This document shows positions 19,254 through 27,840 of a DNA stretch of 62,984 nt, in pieces; position 1 is the first letter of the stretch, and each line of letters opens with the position of its first letter. The DNA comes from Polyangia bacterium (GTDB lineage Bacteria > Myxococcota_A > Polyangia > Fen-1088), in NCBI GenBank assembly GCA_035548155.1, contig DASZUD010000100.1, forward strand, positions 1 to 62,984, written 5' to 3'. The position numbers were made by a program, and so were the translations under genes. Under the pieces are notes generated by a model, which was not told the DNA's origin, made no database searches, and saw only the letters and a list, made by a program, of their open reading frames with translations.

Positions 19254-19895
19254 TCAGGGCCGATTGCAGACGTAGAGCCGACCTGGCCGTGTGCCGTCCG
19301 TGCAGCTCGCCGCCGTGATCGTCTTGTAGGTGCAACCGGGGGCCGTTCCAGGGACGAGCTCGTTGTGATACGTGGTCTGATCCCAGCAAACGGCGGCGAG
19401 CCCGTTCTCGGCGTGAGTACAATCGCCGTCGACGGGCGTGTCGCTGCCGGTGCTGTAACCGATCGCGCGATCCGTGCCCGAGCAGTCGCCGATTCGCACC
19501 AAGACCCAGCCCAGCGGAGCGGCGTCGGTGGCCGCATCGCCTCCGTCGAGCGCGGCGTCGCTCTGCGCGTCGCTGCCGTCGAGCGCTCCACTGTCGGCAG
19601 CGTCCGGCTCGCTCGCGTGGTCGGCCGCGCCGTCCTGCGCGGCGTCCGAGGCACCGTCGGCCTGTCCTCCGCTGCCGGTGGTGCCGGCGCTCCCGGCGTC
19701 CTGACCACCGGAGCCACTCGTGCCGGCGGCGCCGTCTCCGTTCCCAGCGCCGCCTCCGGCCCCGGCTCCGCCATCGCCAGCGTGACCACCGCCGCCGCTC
19801 CCGCCGCAGCCCGCGCCAGCAAAGGCAACACCCAGCAGGATGGCGGCACACAGACCTGCGAATCGGAGACTTGGCTTCGAGCGCTCGATTTTCAC
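19254..19895 (-). CDS. Lipoprotein with G/A/S/D-rich linker and small Cys-rich C-terminal domain (unknown function)
   Basis: Lipobox LLGVAFAGAGC. No ATG near the signal peptide, so start candidates are GTG at 19895 or 19916. The 304-aa track ORF would overlap the divergent gene at 19999. Confidence 0.65.
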   Translation of the reverse strand: MKIERSKPSLRFAGLCAAILLGVAFAGAGCGGSGGGGHAGDGGAGAGGGAGNGDGAAGTSGSGGQDAGSAGTTGSGGQADGASDAAQDGAADHASEPDAADSGALDGSDAQSDAALDGGDAATDAAPLGWVLVRIGDCSGTDRAIGYSTGSDTPVDGDCTHAENGLAAVCWDQTTYHNELVPGTAPGCTYKTITAASCTDGTRPGRLYVCNRP

Positions 19896-19998
19896 GTTGG
19901 CGAGAACGTATCTCACTTCGGCACCCGTGGGAAACGGACCGTGGTCAGACGGTGTTGCCCCCGCGCCCGGCTCGCGGGTTATCGGCACGGAGGAATAG

Positions 19999-20847
19999 AT
20001 GAACTGCTCTGCGAGCGCGACGAAGGTCTTTGGTCTACTAGCCATGGGGGCTTGGGCCGCCGGGTGTGTTTCGGGCGGCGGCGCCGTTCCGTCCTCGGAG
20101 GTCACCGAGGAGGCGGGACAGGTCGTCGGTTCGCTGCGTCTCAGCCCGACGCACACGGTGGACTTCATCGACTACGGCGACGTCGCGCGCGTGCGCGAGG
20201 TCTTCAACGCGGACCTCGATCGCAGCGCGCCGATGACGCTGGACAAGATGCAGGTCGGCGACCGCCCGATGGCCGAGATTTACGAGCTCTTCGCGGCCAG
20301 CCAGATGGATTCGACGGTGGTGACGAAGCTGCGCGCGATCGACGAGCGCATCGCTCACGCGAGCCTGCCGTTCGATCGAGGGCAAGGGCACGTCGCGCCG
20401 ATCGCCCAGAGCGCCGCGGCGCCGAACGTTGCCTCCACCGATGACGGCGTCGAGCGGCAGCAGTCGGCGCTGCTGCCGGCGAGCTGCACCGAGCCGGCGT
20501 GGAACTGGGCCGGCGACGCGACGTGGTACCGGCAGAACTTCTGCACGGGCAGCCCGGCCTTCTGCGGCACCAACAGCTTCTCGAAGCTGTCCTGGGGCTG
20601 GGATGGTCCGCTCAAGCGCTTTCAGGCCAACGTCTTCAATCAGAGCCACTGCGCGGCGCAGGGCTGGTGGCAGCTCCTGTGGCGGAACAACACGGGCACT
20701 CACCAGCCGACGAACACCGTCATCTGCCCGCGCTGCGTTCAGAGCGAGGTCTGGTCCGGCGGCACCAACGTGCAGTACCTCAACTCGATGGAGCCGCGCG
20801 AAGCCGGGAAGATGGTCAGCATGACGATCTACCGCACGCCCGCCTGA
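19999..20847 (+). CDS. Lipoprotein, unknown function (Trp/Cys-rich C-terminal domain)
   Basis: 282 aa. Signal plus lipobox LLAMGAWAAGC. The C-terminal half is rich in W and C (CTEPAWNWAGDATWYRQNFCTGSPAFCG...). Confidence 0.75.
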   Translation: MNCSASATKVFGLLAMGAWAAGCVSGGGAVPSSEVTEEAGQVVGSLRLSPTHTVDFIDYGDVARVREVFNADLDRSAPMTLDKMQVGDRPMAEIYELFAASQMDSTVVTKLRAIDERIAHASLPFDRGQGHVAPIAQSAAAPNVASTDDGVERQQSALLPASCTEPAWNWAGDATWYRQNFCTGSPAFCGTNSFSKLSWGWDGPLKRFQANVFNQSHCAAQGWWQLLWRNNTGTHQPTNTVICPRCVQSEVWSGGTNVQYLNSMEPREAGKMVSMTIYRTPA

Positions 20848-20860
20848 GCGGTCGCGCGGG

Positions 20861-21217
20861 CTACTTCGAAAACGTGGCCGCGTACGCGCCCTCGTCGAAC
20901 CCGACGAGCGCGCGATCGCCGGCCAGCACGAAGGGACGCTTGATGAGCTTGCCGTCCGCCGCGAGGGCGGCAAGCGCGTCCGCCTCGCCGACGGCGCCGA
21001 GCTTCTGCCCCCAGCCGCCCTCGCGATACGACTGGCCGGAGGTGTTGAAGAGCTTCTTCAGCGGCACGCCGGCCTTCAGCGCCCGCTGCAGCTCGGCCTT
21101 CTTCGGCGGGGCCGTGACGATGTCGATCGCCTCATAGGCGACGCCGCGCGCGTCGAGCCACTTGAGCGCCTTCCGGCACGTCGAGCACTTCGGATACTGA
21201 TAAACGGTGATCGCCAT
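20861..21217 (-). CDS. ArsC/Spx/YffB family thioredoxin-fold protein
   Basis: 118 aa. N-terminal ITVYQYPKCSTCRKALKWLDARGV and C-terminal LIKRPFV are typical of the ArsC family. Confidence 0.85.
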   Translation of the reverse strand: MAITVYQYPKCSTCRKALKWLDARGVAYEAIDIVTAPPKKAELQRALKAGVPLKKLFNTSGQSYREGGWGQKLGAVGEADALAALAADGKLIKRPFVLAGDRALVGFDEGAYAATFSK

Positions 21218-21252
21218 CGCCGGCGCAGACTACTACACGCCCGCCCGACTTT

Positions 21253-22446
21253 TCAGCGCAGGCCGACCGACCGAATCGCGCAGTCGGCCGTCGACCAGTA
21301 GGCGCGCGCGCCGTCGGTGACGATCGACGCGGGATGGTTCTCGCCGAAGGCGAGCGTGACGGACGACAGGCTCGAACTGTCGAGGGACGCCTCGCCGATG
21401 ACCCCGCTGTCGCCAGGCGGCAAGTCGAAGGCCGCGAAGACCAGCGTTCGTCCTGAGACCGCGGTTGCTCGAACTGACGCGGGAGCTTCCACGAACGACG
21501 TCTGGCTGTTCGGCGTCGCCATCTTGATCGGGGCCGTCTTGATGTTCCCGGCCATCTCCCAATAGATGCGCCCGTCCTGTTCAGCCAAGGTGCGCGTGCC
21601 CGAGGCCCGCCCCACCTGCACGCACAGGTGGCCCGGGGCCCAGCCGTCGTCGTCCTTGACGCAGGTCGCGACGTCACCGTCGACCAGCTGAACGGCCTTC
21701 GCGGCGCCGGTGATGTCCGTGACGAAGGAAAGAATCGAGCCGTCGAGCGCGAAGACGAAGGGCGTGCCCACCTCGTCGCGCGCGACTTCGACGGATGCGG
21801 CGCCCGAGCCCGCCGCCGATATTCTTCGGATGCTCATCGAGACGCCGAAGTACAGCGTCTGTCCGTCGGGGGAGGCGGCGAACCCGGTGACGCCCTCGGC
21901 CGGGGCGACGACGGTCGCGACGGCGCCGCCGGTGATTTGCGTAGTTCGAAGCGTCGCGCGGGGATTTCCGGGCGCCTGGGCGCCCACGTGCGGCCCGGCC
22001 AGCCAGAACGCGCTTCCACCGCGCACGACGAGCGACTTCGGATGATCCTCGCCGGACGCGATCGTGACGGGCTCGCCGCCGGTGACCGACACGCGCCGCA
22101 CCTCGCCGCGCGCCTCGTCGCTCCAGTACAGCGTCGCGCCCACGATCGCGAGGTCCATCGACGTGCACGAGCTGGCGTCGCGCGCCGGCACCAGGGTGGT
22201 GGGGGTCTCCCGCGGCACGTCGCCGTCTTCGGTCGCGTCGGTGGCCACGTCGGCTGCGCCGTCGGCATCGGCGACCGTGGCGTCACCGTCGGCGCGCGCG
22301 TCACCGCCATCGACGCCGGCATCGACGCCGCTGCGCGCTCCGGAGCCTCCGCAGGCGGCGAGAACGAGCAATAGGACCAAACACGCCGGTCTGCCGAAAG
22401 TGTCGTTCACCCGGGGACGATGCCCAATTCGATTCGCGAACGCCAT
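21253..22446 (-). CDS. Lipoprotein with YWTD-like beta-propeller repeats
   Basis: Start at MAFANRIG...ACLVLLLVLAAC (lipobox). Repeats TLYWSDEARGEVRRVS, QTLYFGVSMSIRRIS, GRIYWEMAGNIKTA, RAYWSTADCAIRSV. An alternative GTG start at 22485 would give a GTGA overlap with the upstream stop. Confidence 0.8.
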   Translation of the reverse strand: MAFANRIGHRPRVNDTFGRPACLVLLLVLAACGGSGARSGVDAGVDGGDARADGDATVADADGAADVATDATEDGDVPRETPTTLVPARDASSCTSMDLAIVGATLYWSDEARGEVRRVSVTGGEPVTIASGEDHPKSLVVRGGSAFWLAGPHVGAQAPGNPRATLRTTQITGGAVATVVAPAEGVTGFAASPDGQTLYFGVSMSIRRISAAGSGAASVEVARDEVGTPFVFALDGSILSFVTDITGAAKAVQLVDGDVATCVKDDDGWAPGHLCVQVGRASGTRTLAEQDGRIYWEMAGNIKTAPIKMATPNSQTSFVEAPASVRATAVSGRTLVFAAFDLPPGDSGVIGEASLDSSSLSSVTLAFGENHPASIVTDGARAYWSTADCAIRSVGLR

Positions 22447-22481
22447 GGCGATGCGGCGTTTTGTCGCGCGGGAGGCCACGC

Positions 22482-24044
22482 TCACAGCGACGTCGTCACG
22501 GTCACCCCGACGCGCAGGTCATCGCGCGTGTCGCCGAGGTCGTGCGCGCTCCACGTGCCGGTGCGGTGGGTCAGATCACCCGCGACGCCGAGGCGCATGG
22601 CCTCGGCGAACGGCACGGGCGCCTCGAGGAACGCGCGCGCCTTGAGCCGATCGTCCGTGAGGTTCGAGTCGTCGGTGATCGCGGCGTGCGAAGCCCCCGT
22701 GGGGCTGACGTAGGCGTCCTGGTGGCGGTCGAGGCCCTCGATCGAATCGACGTGATTCCATTCGGCGGCCGTGCCCGCGCGGAACGCCCCGTACGACGCC
22801 TCCAGGCGCACGGCCGCGGTGCCGCCCCAGCCGTAGTAATAGTCGAAGCGCTCCAGCGTCGATTTCGCGCCGTCGAACATGGTGGCGACGCGGCCTGCGC
22901 CGATGGCCATGGGCCGCACCATCGCGAAGTCGCCGTAGGCCGAGACCTCGGCGCGCATACCGAGCCGCTGGCGCGACCACGCCAGGTCCGCGGACGGGCC
23001 GAGGAGGTGGCATAGCGTGAAGAAGTCGTCGACGCCGCCCGCGCGATCGTACGAGAGCTCGAACGCAGAGGCGGCGCCCAGCGCGCGCATCGACGCGGCT
23101 TCGCCGGCGCGCCGGCTGTCGACGCGGCCGAACAACGTCGTGCGCGTGGTCAGATCGAAGGCGCGCATGGCCTGCCCCGTGCCCGCCCAGTCGACGACCA
23201 GCCGCGAGATCTCGCCGCCGCGCAGGCGCGCGTGGCGCAGCGCCTCGGCACCGTCATCCGATGGCTGCGCCAGCGGCGCCGCGATCACCTCCAGGTCCAG
23301 GCGGCCGTTCGCGACCCACGCCGCGTCGTCGGCCGCCGACGTCGCCACGCCCGCCGTGCCGCCCAGCGCGAAATCGAAGCGGTGGAACGCCGTCGCGTCC
23401 AGGCCGTGGCGGTCGTAGCTGCCCGACCCGGCTGGCGCCTCGCCTGAAAGCCAGGTCGCCAGGCGCATGGGCGAGGCGAGGCCCATGAACACGCGGTTGC
23501 GGAGCGTCGGCTTGCCGTGCGCGAAGACGTCGCTCACGCGGTAAAGCGTCTCGCCGATCGAGACGCCGCCCAGGCCCGTGACGATCTGATCGTTGACGCT
23601 CACGACCTCGCGGTGCTCCACGCCCACCTCCCAGGCCGTCGACGCGCCGATGTCGAACAGCGTCGACAGGAGCAGGCTGCCGCCGTGCGCGCGCGCGATC
23701 TGGTAGTAGGTCGCGCCCATGAACGCGTGGCCCACGTTCAGGTAGCGCTCGTTGTCGTCGAAGCGATAGCCGGCCGGGCTGGCGAGGCGATGCCACTGAC
23801 CTTCGAACGAGCGCGCGAAGTCGAAGTCCTGCTTGTTGAGCTCGATCTGCCACTCGTACCAACTGGCATCGAGCGCCAGCAGCGTGCCGAGCTGCAGAAA
23901 GGCCGGCAGCGCGTGAAAGCGCGGCGGCTCGTTCTCCGCGAAGGCCGCCGCGCGGCTGACTACGGTGTCATCGCGCGACACGGCGGCGGGCGCGCTCAGG
24001 TGCAGCAGGGCCGGCAGGATCGCGGGGAGGGGGCTGAGCGACAT
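22482..24044 (-). CDS. Hypothetical exported protein, possibly outer-membrane associated
   Basis: 520 aa, long clean frame, aromatic/Gly-rich composition, ends ...LRVGVTVTTSL. No diagnostic motif recognised. Confidence 0.7.
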   Translation of the reverse strand: MSLSPLPAILPALLHLSAPAAVSRDDTVVSRAAAFAENEPPRFHALPAFLQLGTLLALDASWYEWQIELNKQDFDFARSFEGQWHRLASPAGYRFDDNERYLNVGHAFMGATYYQIARAHGGSLLLSTLFDIGASTAWEVGVEHREVVSVNDQIVTGLGGVSIGETLYRVSDVFAHGKPTLRNRVFMGLASPMRLATWLSGEAPAGSGSYDRHGLDATAFHRFDFALGGTAGVATSAADDAAWVANGRLDLEVIAAPLAQPSDDGAEALRHARLRGGEISRLVVDWAGTGQAMRAFDLTTRTTLFGRVDSRRAGEAASMRALGAASAFELSYDRAGGVDDFFTLCHLLGPSADLAWSRQRLGMRAEVSAYGDFAMVRPMAIGAGRVATMFDGAKSTLERFDYYYGWGGTAAVRLEASYGAFRAGTAAEWNHVDSIEGLDRHQDAYVSPTGASHAAITDDSNLTDDRLKARAFLEAPVPFAEAMRLGVAGDLTHRTGTWSAHDLGDTRDDLRVGVTVTTSL

Positions 24045-24205
24045 TTTGCCCCGGAGAGAGCAACCGCCGTTCCAGCCGCGGTGCGACGTCGATTCCCTCG
24101 GAGACTCGCGCGGTTAGCTCGAGAGGGTCACGGCGCCTCGTTCGAGATTCGACAGCCGCGTGCTTGAATCCGTCAGCGAGGGACGCTTGGTTCGACTGCA
24201 TCCAC

Positions 24206-24778
24206 ATGAGAACGCGGGCGGTCGTCACCATCCTGGTGTGTTCGTGGTTGGGCGGGTGCGACGGCGGCGGCGCCGGCGTCGATTCCCGCGGCGGTGACGC
24301 GGCGAGCATCGGTCCCGTCGACCTCACGAAGGCGCCGGCCACCCTCGAGATGACCTGCGGCGGTGGGATCGGCACGGTGACGATCGAGCAGCCCTGCCTG
24401 GTGGGCTTCAATCTCGCGGGCGACCAGTTCGCTCCCGGCCTCCACGCGACCGAGTGCCGGCTCGCGAGCTCGGACAGGCCGCTCGTCTGGACGTTCCTGC
24501 TGCCGCTGGTGCAGATCGCGCGCGACCCCAGCACCGCGCTGCACCTGCCGGGTAAGGCCGCCACAGTGAATGACGGCGAGGTCCCCGTCGCGATCGGCGC
24601 CGAGCAGGCGACGGTGTCGCGAGTCACGGGTGACCTCTCGTTCTCGCGGGTCGATCCCGACGTGCGCGCCTTCGCCGGCACCCTGGACGCGACGGTCACG
24701 TGGAAGACGGCGTCCGGCGCGCAGATCGACTGCACCGTCGACGGGCCGTTCTGGGGCGCGCCCGGGCTATTTGAATAG
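24206..24778 (+). CDS. Lipoprotein, unknown function
   Basis: Start at MRTRAVVTILVCSWLGGC (lipobox), 190 aa. Confidence 0.7.
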   Translation: MRTRAVVTILVCSWLGGCDGGGAGVDSRGGDAASIGPVDLTKAPATLEMTCGGGIGTVTIEQPCLVGFNLAGDQFAPGLHATECRLASSDRPLVWTFLLPLVQIARDPSTALHLPGKAATVNDGEVPVAIGAEQATVSRVTGDLSFSRVDPDVRAFAGTLDATVTWKTASGAQIDCTVDGPFWGAPGLFE

Positions 24779-24837
24779 CGGTCGTCGCTCACCCGCGACC
24801 ACTTCGGACAGCGCGACTGCGCGCGGCGCGCGCATCG

Positions 24838-25749
24838 TCACAGCGCGCAGCCCGCGGCCTGATCGAGGCTCAGGTACGTGAGCCCCAGTGGCGTGGGCGC
24901 GCCGGTGGCGTCGAGCAGCTTCGCGGCGGGCAGCGAATCGGCGCTGAACCACGCGTAGCGGAACACGTCGGGATCCGCCTCGAGGATCGGGACCGCCTCG
25001 CGCATGTACTTCTCTTGGCCGGCGGTGGTGGCGTCGCCGCCGTAGGCGCACGCGAGCTCGGTCACCCAGATCGGGCGATTGAACTGTTTGAACTGCGCGA
25101 GGTAGCTCTTCAGCGAAGCGCCGTCGCAGTTGTACCAGTGCACGGCCACGTAATCGACGCGGCAGCCGCGGCAGTGCTGGAAGAAGTCGCGCAGGTAGTC
25201 GACGGGGTTCGTGTTCTGGCACGGGCCGGTCTTCGTGCGATCGTCGCCGCAGTAGTTCACCGCCGGCGAGACCAGCGCGAGGCCCTTCTTCGCGGCGATC
25301 TCTTCCATCTGCGGCCACAGCGACGCCGCGGTGCTGGCGCTCAGGTTCGCCTGCTCCATGTGGTTCGGCTCGTTGAAGCCCAGCAGGAATTGAGCGCCGT
25401 CTTTGATCGCCGCCTCCGCCTTCGCCGCCGGCAGATCCTTGGTGCCCCAAATCATCGGCGCGAACACCACGCCGTCGGCGCTGGCCGTGTACGAGGGCGT
25501 CCAGTCGTACCACCAGCTCAAGCCGGTCTCTAGCTGCGCATTCGTCGCGCTCGCACCAGGCCACGCGATGCCGCGCTTGCACGGCGACGTCTTCGGCGCC
25601 TCGCCCGTCCACGTGCCCGACCACGTGTCACCGTCGACGTCGCTGCTCGGGAAGCTGGCGTCGCTGCCTCCGCCGCAAGCCGCCGCGCCGAGGCACAGGA
25701 GGGCGATGAATAGACGGCGGACCACCAACCGATCGCGGGGCGAGATCAC
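24838..25749 (-). CDS. Lipoprotein glycoside hydrolase, GH128-like (Glyco_hydro_cc, beta-1,3-glucanase type)
   Basis: 303 aa. Lipobox LLCLGAAAC. Motifs WWYDW, LLGFNEPN and PIWVTELA are typical of the family. Confidence 0.8.
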   Translation of the reverse strand: MISPRDRLVVRRLFIALLCLGAAACGGGSDASFPSSDVDGDTWSGTWTGEAPKTSPCKRGIAWPGASATNAQLETGLSWWYDWTPSYTASADGVVFAPMIWGTKDLPAAKAEAAIKDGAQFLLGFNEPNHMEQANLSASTAASLWPQMEEIAAKKGLALVSPAVNYCGDDRTKTGPCQNTNPVDYLRDFFQHCRGCRVDYVAVHWYNCDGASLKSYLAQFKQFNRPIWVTELACAYGGDATTAGQEKYMREAVPILEADPDVFRYAWFSADSLPAAKLLDATGAPTPLGLTYLSLDQAAGCAL

Positions 25750-26082
25750 GGAATCCGACTATACGTGATCCTGGCCTTTCTCGACCCGACGATGGGGGAC
25801 GCCGGCATGAAGTTCTCGTCGACGGGCGGTCGGACGTTCGTTCGTCGAGGTGGTGGACGTCGCTGACCACGACGCAGCGACGCCGATCGAGAGCGGGGGG
25901 GGATCCCGCCACGCACGCGCTGGATAATGCCGCTCTTCGCTCGGACGCGTCGAGAAGCATCCGGGAATCGCGCGGAGTTGTGGCGCGGGTATACAATTTC
26001 TTCGCGGGTTATTTATCAAGAGAGCGTGGCGGGTTTAAGGGAATCAGCCAGGTCTGCACAATTCAAATTACGCGAATCGAAA

Positions 26083-26088
26083 AAGGAG
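26083..26088 (+). promoter_or_regulatory. Shine-Dalgarno (AAGGAG) for the small membrane protein
   Basis: AAGGAG lies 7 nt upstream of the ATG at 26096. Confidence 0.6.
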
Positions 26089-26095
26089 TGAGGTC

Positions 26096-26434
26096 ATGAT
26101 CCCGCCTTGGTGGTTCATCGTTCTTGGCGTCGTCGCGAGCCTTCTGTATGCGGGGTTCTGCTTTTCGATCTTCGGCGAATCGGTCGCGGGAAAGGTCTGG
26201 CCGTGGCGCATCCATCAAGCGTGGTTCAACTTTCTGGGTGCTGCGTCGGGCTGGGCATTCACCTGGGCGCTAATTGTTTCTCAGAGCGACGGCTTTCACG
26301 TCGATGGCTGGACGATCCTCCTGTTTCTGTTTGCATTTATTGGCGTCACGGGGCACATGCCCCGAACGGTGATGGGATTGGTGTTGGCACCATTCGACCT
26401 CATCGGGAAGCTCTCCAAGGGATCCTCCCATTGA
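26096..26434 (+). CDS. Small integral membrane protein (about 3 TM), unknown family
   Basis: 112 aa with a strong SD. Hydrophobic segments WWFIVLGVVASLLYAGFCFSIF, FNFLGAASGWAFTWALIV and WTILLFLFAFIGVTG. A hand count over 26096-26195 gives 58 G+C per 100 nt, against 72 in the flank. Confidence 0.75.
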   Translation: MIPPWWFIVLGVVASLLYAGFCFSIFGESVAGKVWPWRIHQAWFNFLGAASGWAFTWALIVSQSDGFHVDGWTILLFLFAFIGVTGHMPRTVMGLVLAPFDLIGKLSKGSSH

Positions 26435-26469
26435 GACGGAACCGCATAACCACGCGTTGCAGACAGACA

Positions 26470-26510
26470 GCGCTTCGCGCCGCCGCTGAATGCCACGATG
26501 GTTAGACGGA
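26470..26510 (+). repeat. Copy A of an imperfect ~45-nt direct repeat (partner at 27775-27825)
   Basis: gcgcttcgcgccgccgctgaatgccacgatggttagacgga aligned against gcgcttgcgcgctgccactgaacgccacgacgatcgttggtcagaccggga. Shared blocks are gcgctt, cgcgcYgcc, ctgaaYgccacga and tggtYagac. Confidence 0.65.
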
Positions 26511-26803
26511 GCTGCGATGAGCGAAGGCGCGCACATCAGCGCGGCGGACTGGAGCCAAGTCGACGGTTCCTGACGAGGGCCAGGTCTTGTTGGCTGTAGC
26601 GCGCTACCGCGAAATCGCCGGCTGCGAGCTTTCTGAGGCCACGCGCGTCGTCGGCGAGCGATTCCGCGCTCGCTTCCCGCGCTTCTCTGGGCGCGCGACA
26701 CTGCTCGGCAACACGACCGCCGCTCGGCGCCGGCCTCGCCGGATATATCTCGAGATGGCTCCGTGCGAACGACCCGTCGCGCCCGCTTCGTATCGCCGAC
26801 GCC

Positions 26804-27766
26804 ATGCTGCATCCGCCGGCGAGCGAATGCCCTCTCTACACGGGAGAGGAACTGTGGCGAGTGGAACACTTGGCTGATGTTGCCGATGCGATCGACCGGG
26901 TTGCTGACCAGGAGAGAACGTCAACCTCGACTGTCGGAACGCCATTCGAGGCTTTGATGAACTCGTGGGTGGACGCCGAAGACGACCGGAGCGATTACAT
27001 CAGATGCGCGCAGCGGATCCTCGCGATGTCAATGCTGGTTGGCAGGGAGTGTGCGTTCCACGAGAGACCTGACCTTTTCGACGAGCTTCTGGCTCGCCTC
27101 GTCGGTAGGCGTCGCCTGATGGTCATCAGCCTCAACTATGACCTCTTGTTTGAGGAGGCCTTAGATCGAGCGAAGCGTGTATTCAACTACCCGGCATTAG
27201 AGGGAGTCGCACTGGCCGCTTCGCCCGCTTCAGACGTGGTGCCTGTTTACAAACTGCACGGCTCAGTGAACTGGTTTTCGGCGCGCAGCTTCAGTGGTTC
27301 CGCGGATCTGGAGATAGCGCGCGAGAGCTCTCGTCCCGTGAAGCTTCTCAACGCGGGATCGATGATTGCGTCGCAAACCTACGCTACCTACGTCCCGAAA
27401 GGTCGAGGGAACACGTTCTACGAATGGGAAGATGGCATCGTTACTTCCGGACCCGTAGCTGCCATCTACGGTACAGGGAAGCGCCTTCTGGAAAACCCGG
27501 AGCACGTTCAGGCTCACAGGGATGACTGTCTCAACAGCGTGTCGGGTCTCGATCGTGCCGACGTAGTGGTTATCGGGATGCGTCCAGTCTCTGCGAAGGA
27601 CGATCCGACGACGAGCGCCCTCATGGAACTCCTTGCACGACTCCAAGGAGCCAAGATCTACATCAGTCCGTCCGAATCGGACTGTGCGGCCTTCCGCAAG
27701 GTGGACTTCGACGTAAGGCAGTGCGGCCTCGAGTCATGGATTGGGGAACTGCCTACAGGGCGTTGA
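26804..27766 (+). CDS. SIR2-like (SIR2_2 / ThsA-type NADase fold) protein, compact, no recognisable sensor domain
   Basis: 320 aa. VISLNYDLLFEEAL (compare ThsA WTTNYDRLIEKAL), then about 40 aa later VYKLHGSVNW (compare VYKMHGDV), then ADVVVIGMRPVSAKDD (compare the FLFVGFSFTDPN position). The N-terminal GAGxS loop is not recognisable. A 100-nt sample at 27001-27100 has 61 G+C. Confidence 0.7.
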   Translation: MLHPPASECPLYTGEELWRVEHLADVADAIDRVADQERTSTSTVGTPFEALMNSWVDAEDDRSDYIRCAQRILAMSMLVGRECAFHERPDLFDELLARLVGRRRLMVISLNYDLLFEEALDRAKRVFNYPALEGVALAASPASDVVPVYKLHGSVNWFSARSFSGSADLEIARESSRPVKLLNAGSMIASQTYATYVPKGRGNTFYEWEDGIVTSGPVAAIYGTGKRLLENPEHVQAHRDDCLNSVSGLDRADVVVIGMRPVSAKDDPTTSALMELLARLQGAKIYISPSESDCAAFRKVDFDVRQCGLESWIGELPTGR

Positions 27767-27774
27767 CCCTGACG

Positions 27775-27825
27775 GCGCTTGCGCGCTGCCACTGAACGCC
27801 ACGACGATCGTTGGTCAGACCGGGA
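27775..27825 (+). repeat. Copy B of the imperfect ~45-nt direct repeat (partner at 26470-26510)
   Basis: See copy A. Copy B starts 9 nt after the SIR2-like stop codon. Confidence 0.65.
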
Positions 27826-27840
27826 TCGGGTGCGGCGCGG

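Noticed and set aside
19896-20168. Longer 304-aa version of the lipoprotein ORF (19254-20168)
   Set aside because: The extra N-terminus precedes the signal peptide and would overlap the divergent lipoprotein gene starting at 19999. The GTG starts at 19895 or 19916 place the lipobox correctly.
22668-22690. T-loop-like ggttcgagtc string (possible tRNA)
   Set aside because: It lies inside a long CDS. No acceptor, D or anticodon stems can be drawn, and the T-stem has a G-G mismatch.
25895-25902. G8 homopolymer in the islet's upstream gap as a phase-variation tract
   Set aside because: It lies about 190 nt upstream of the nearest start codon, with no promoter elements I can place around it. Without population data this is speculation.
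26444-26507. Possibility that the repeat after the TM ORF is an integron attC site (gcataac ... gttagac resembles RYYYAAC ... GTTRRRY)
   Set aside because: The inverse core is imperfect, the internal region is not convincingly palindromic, the second copy reads gtcagac rather than GTT, and there is no intI-type integrase or attI in the window.
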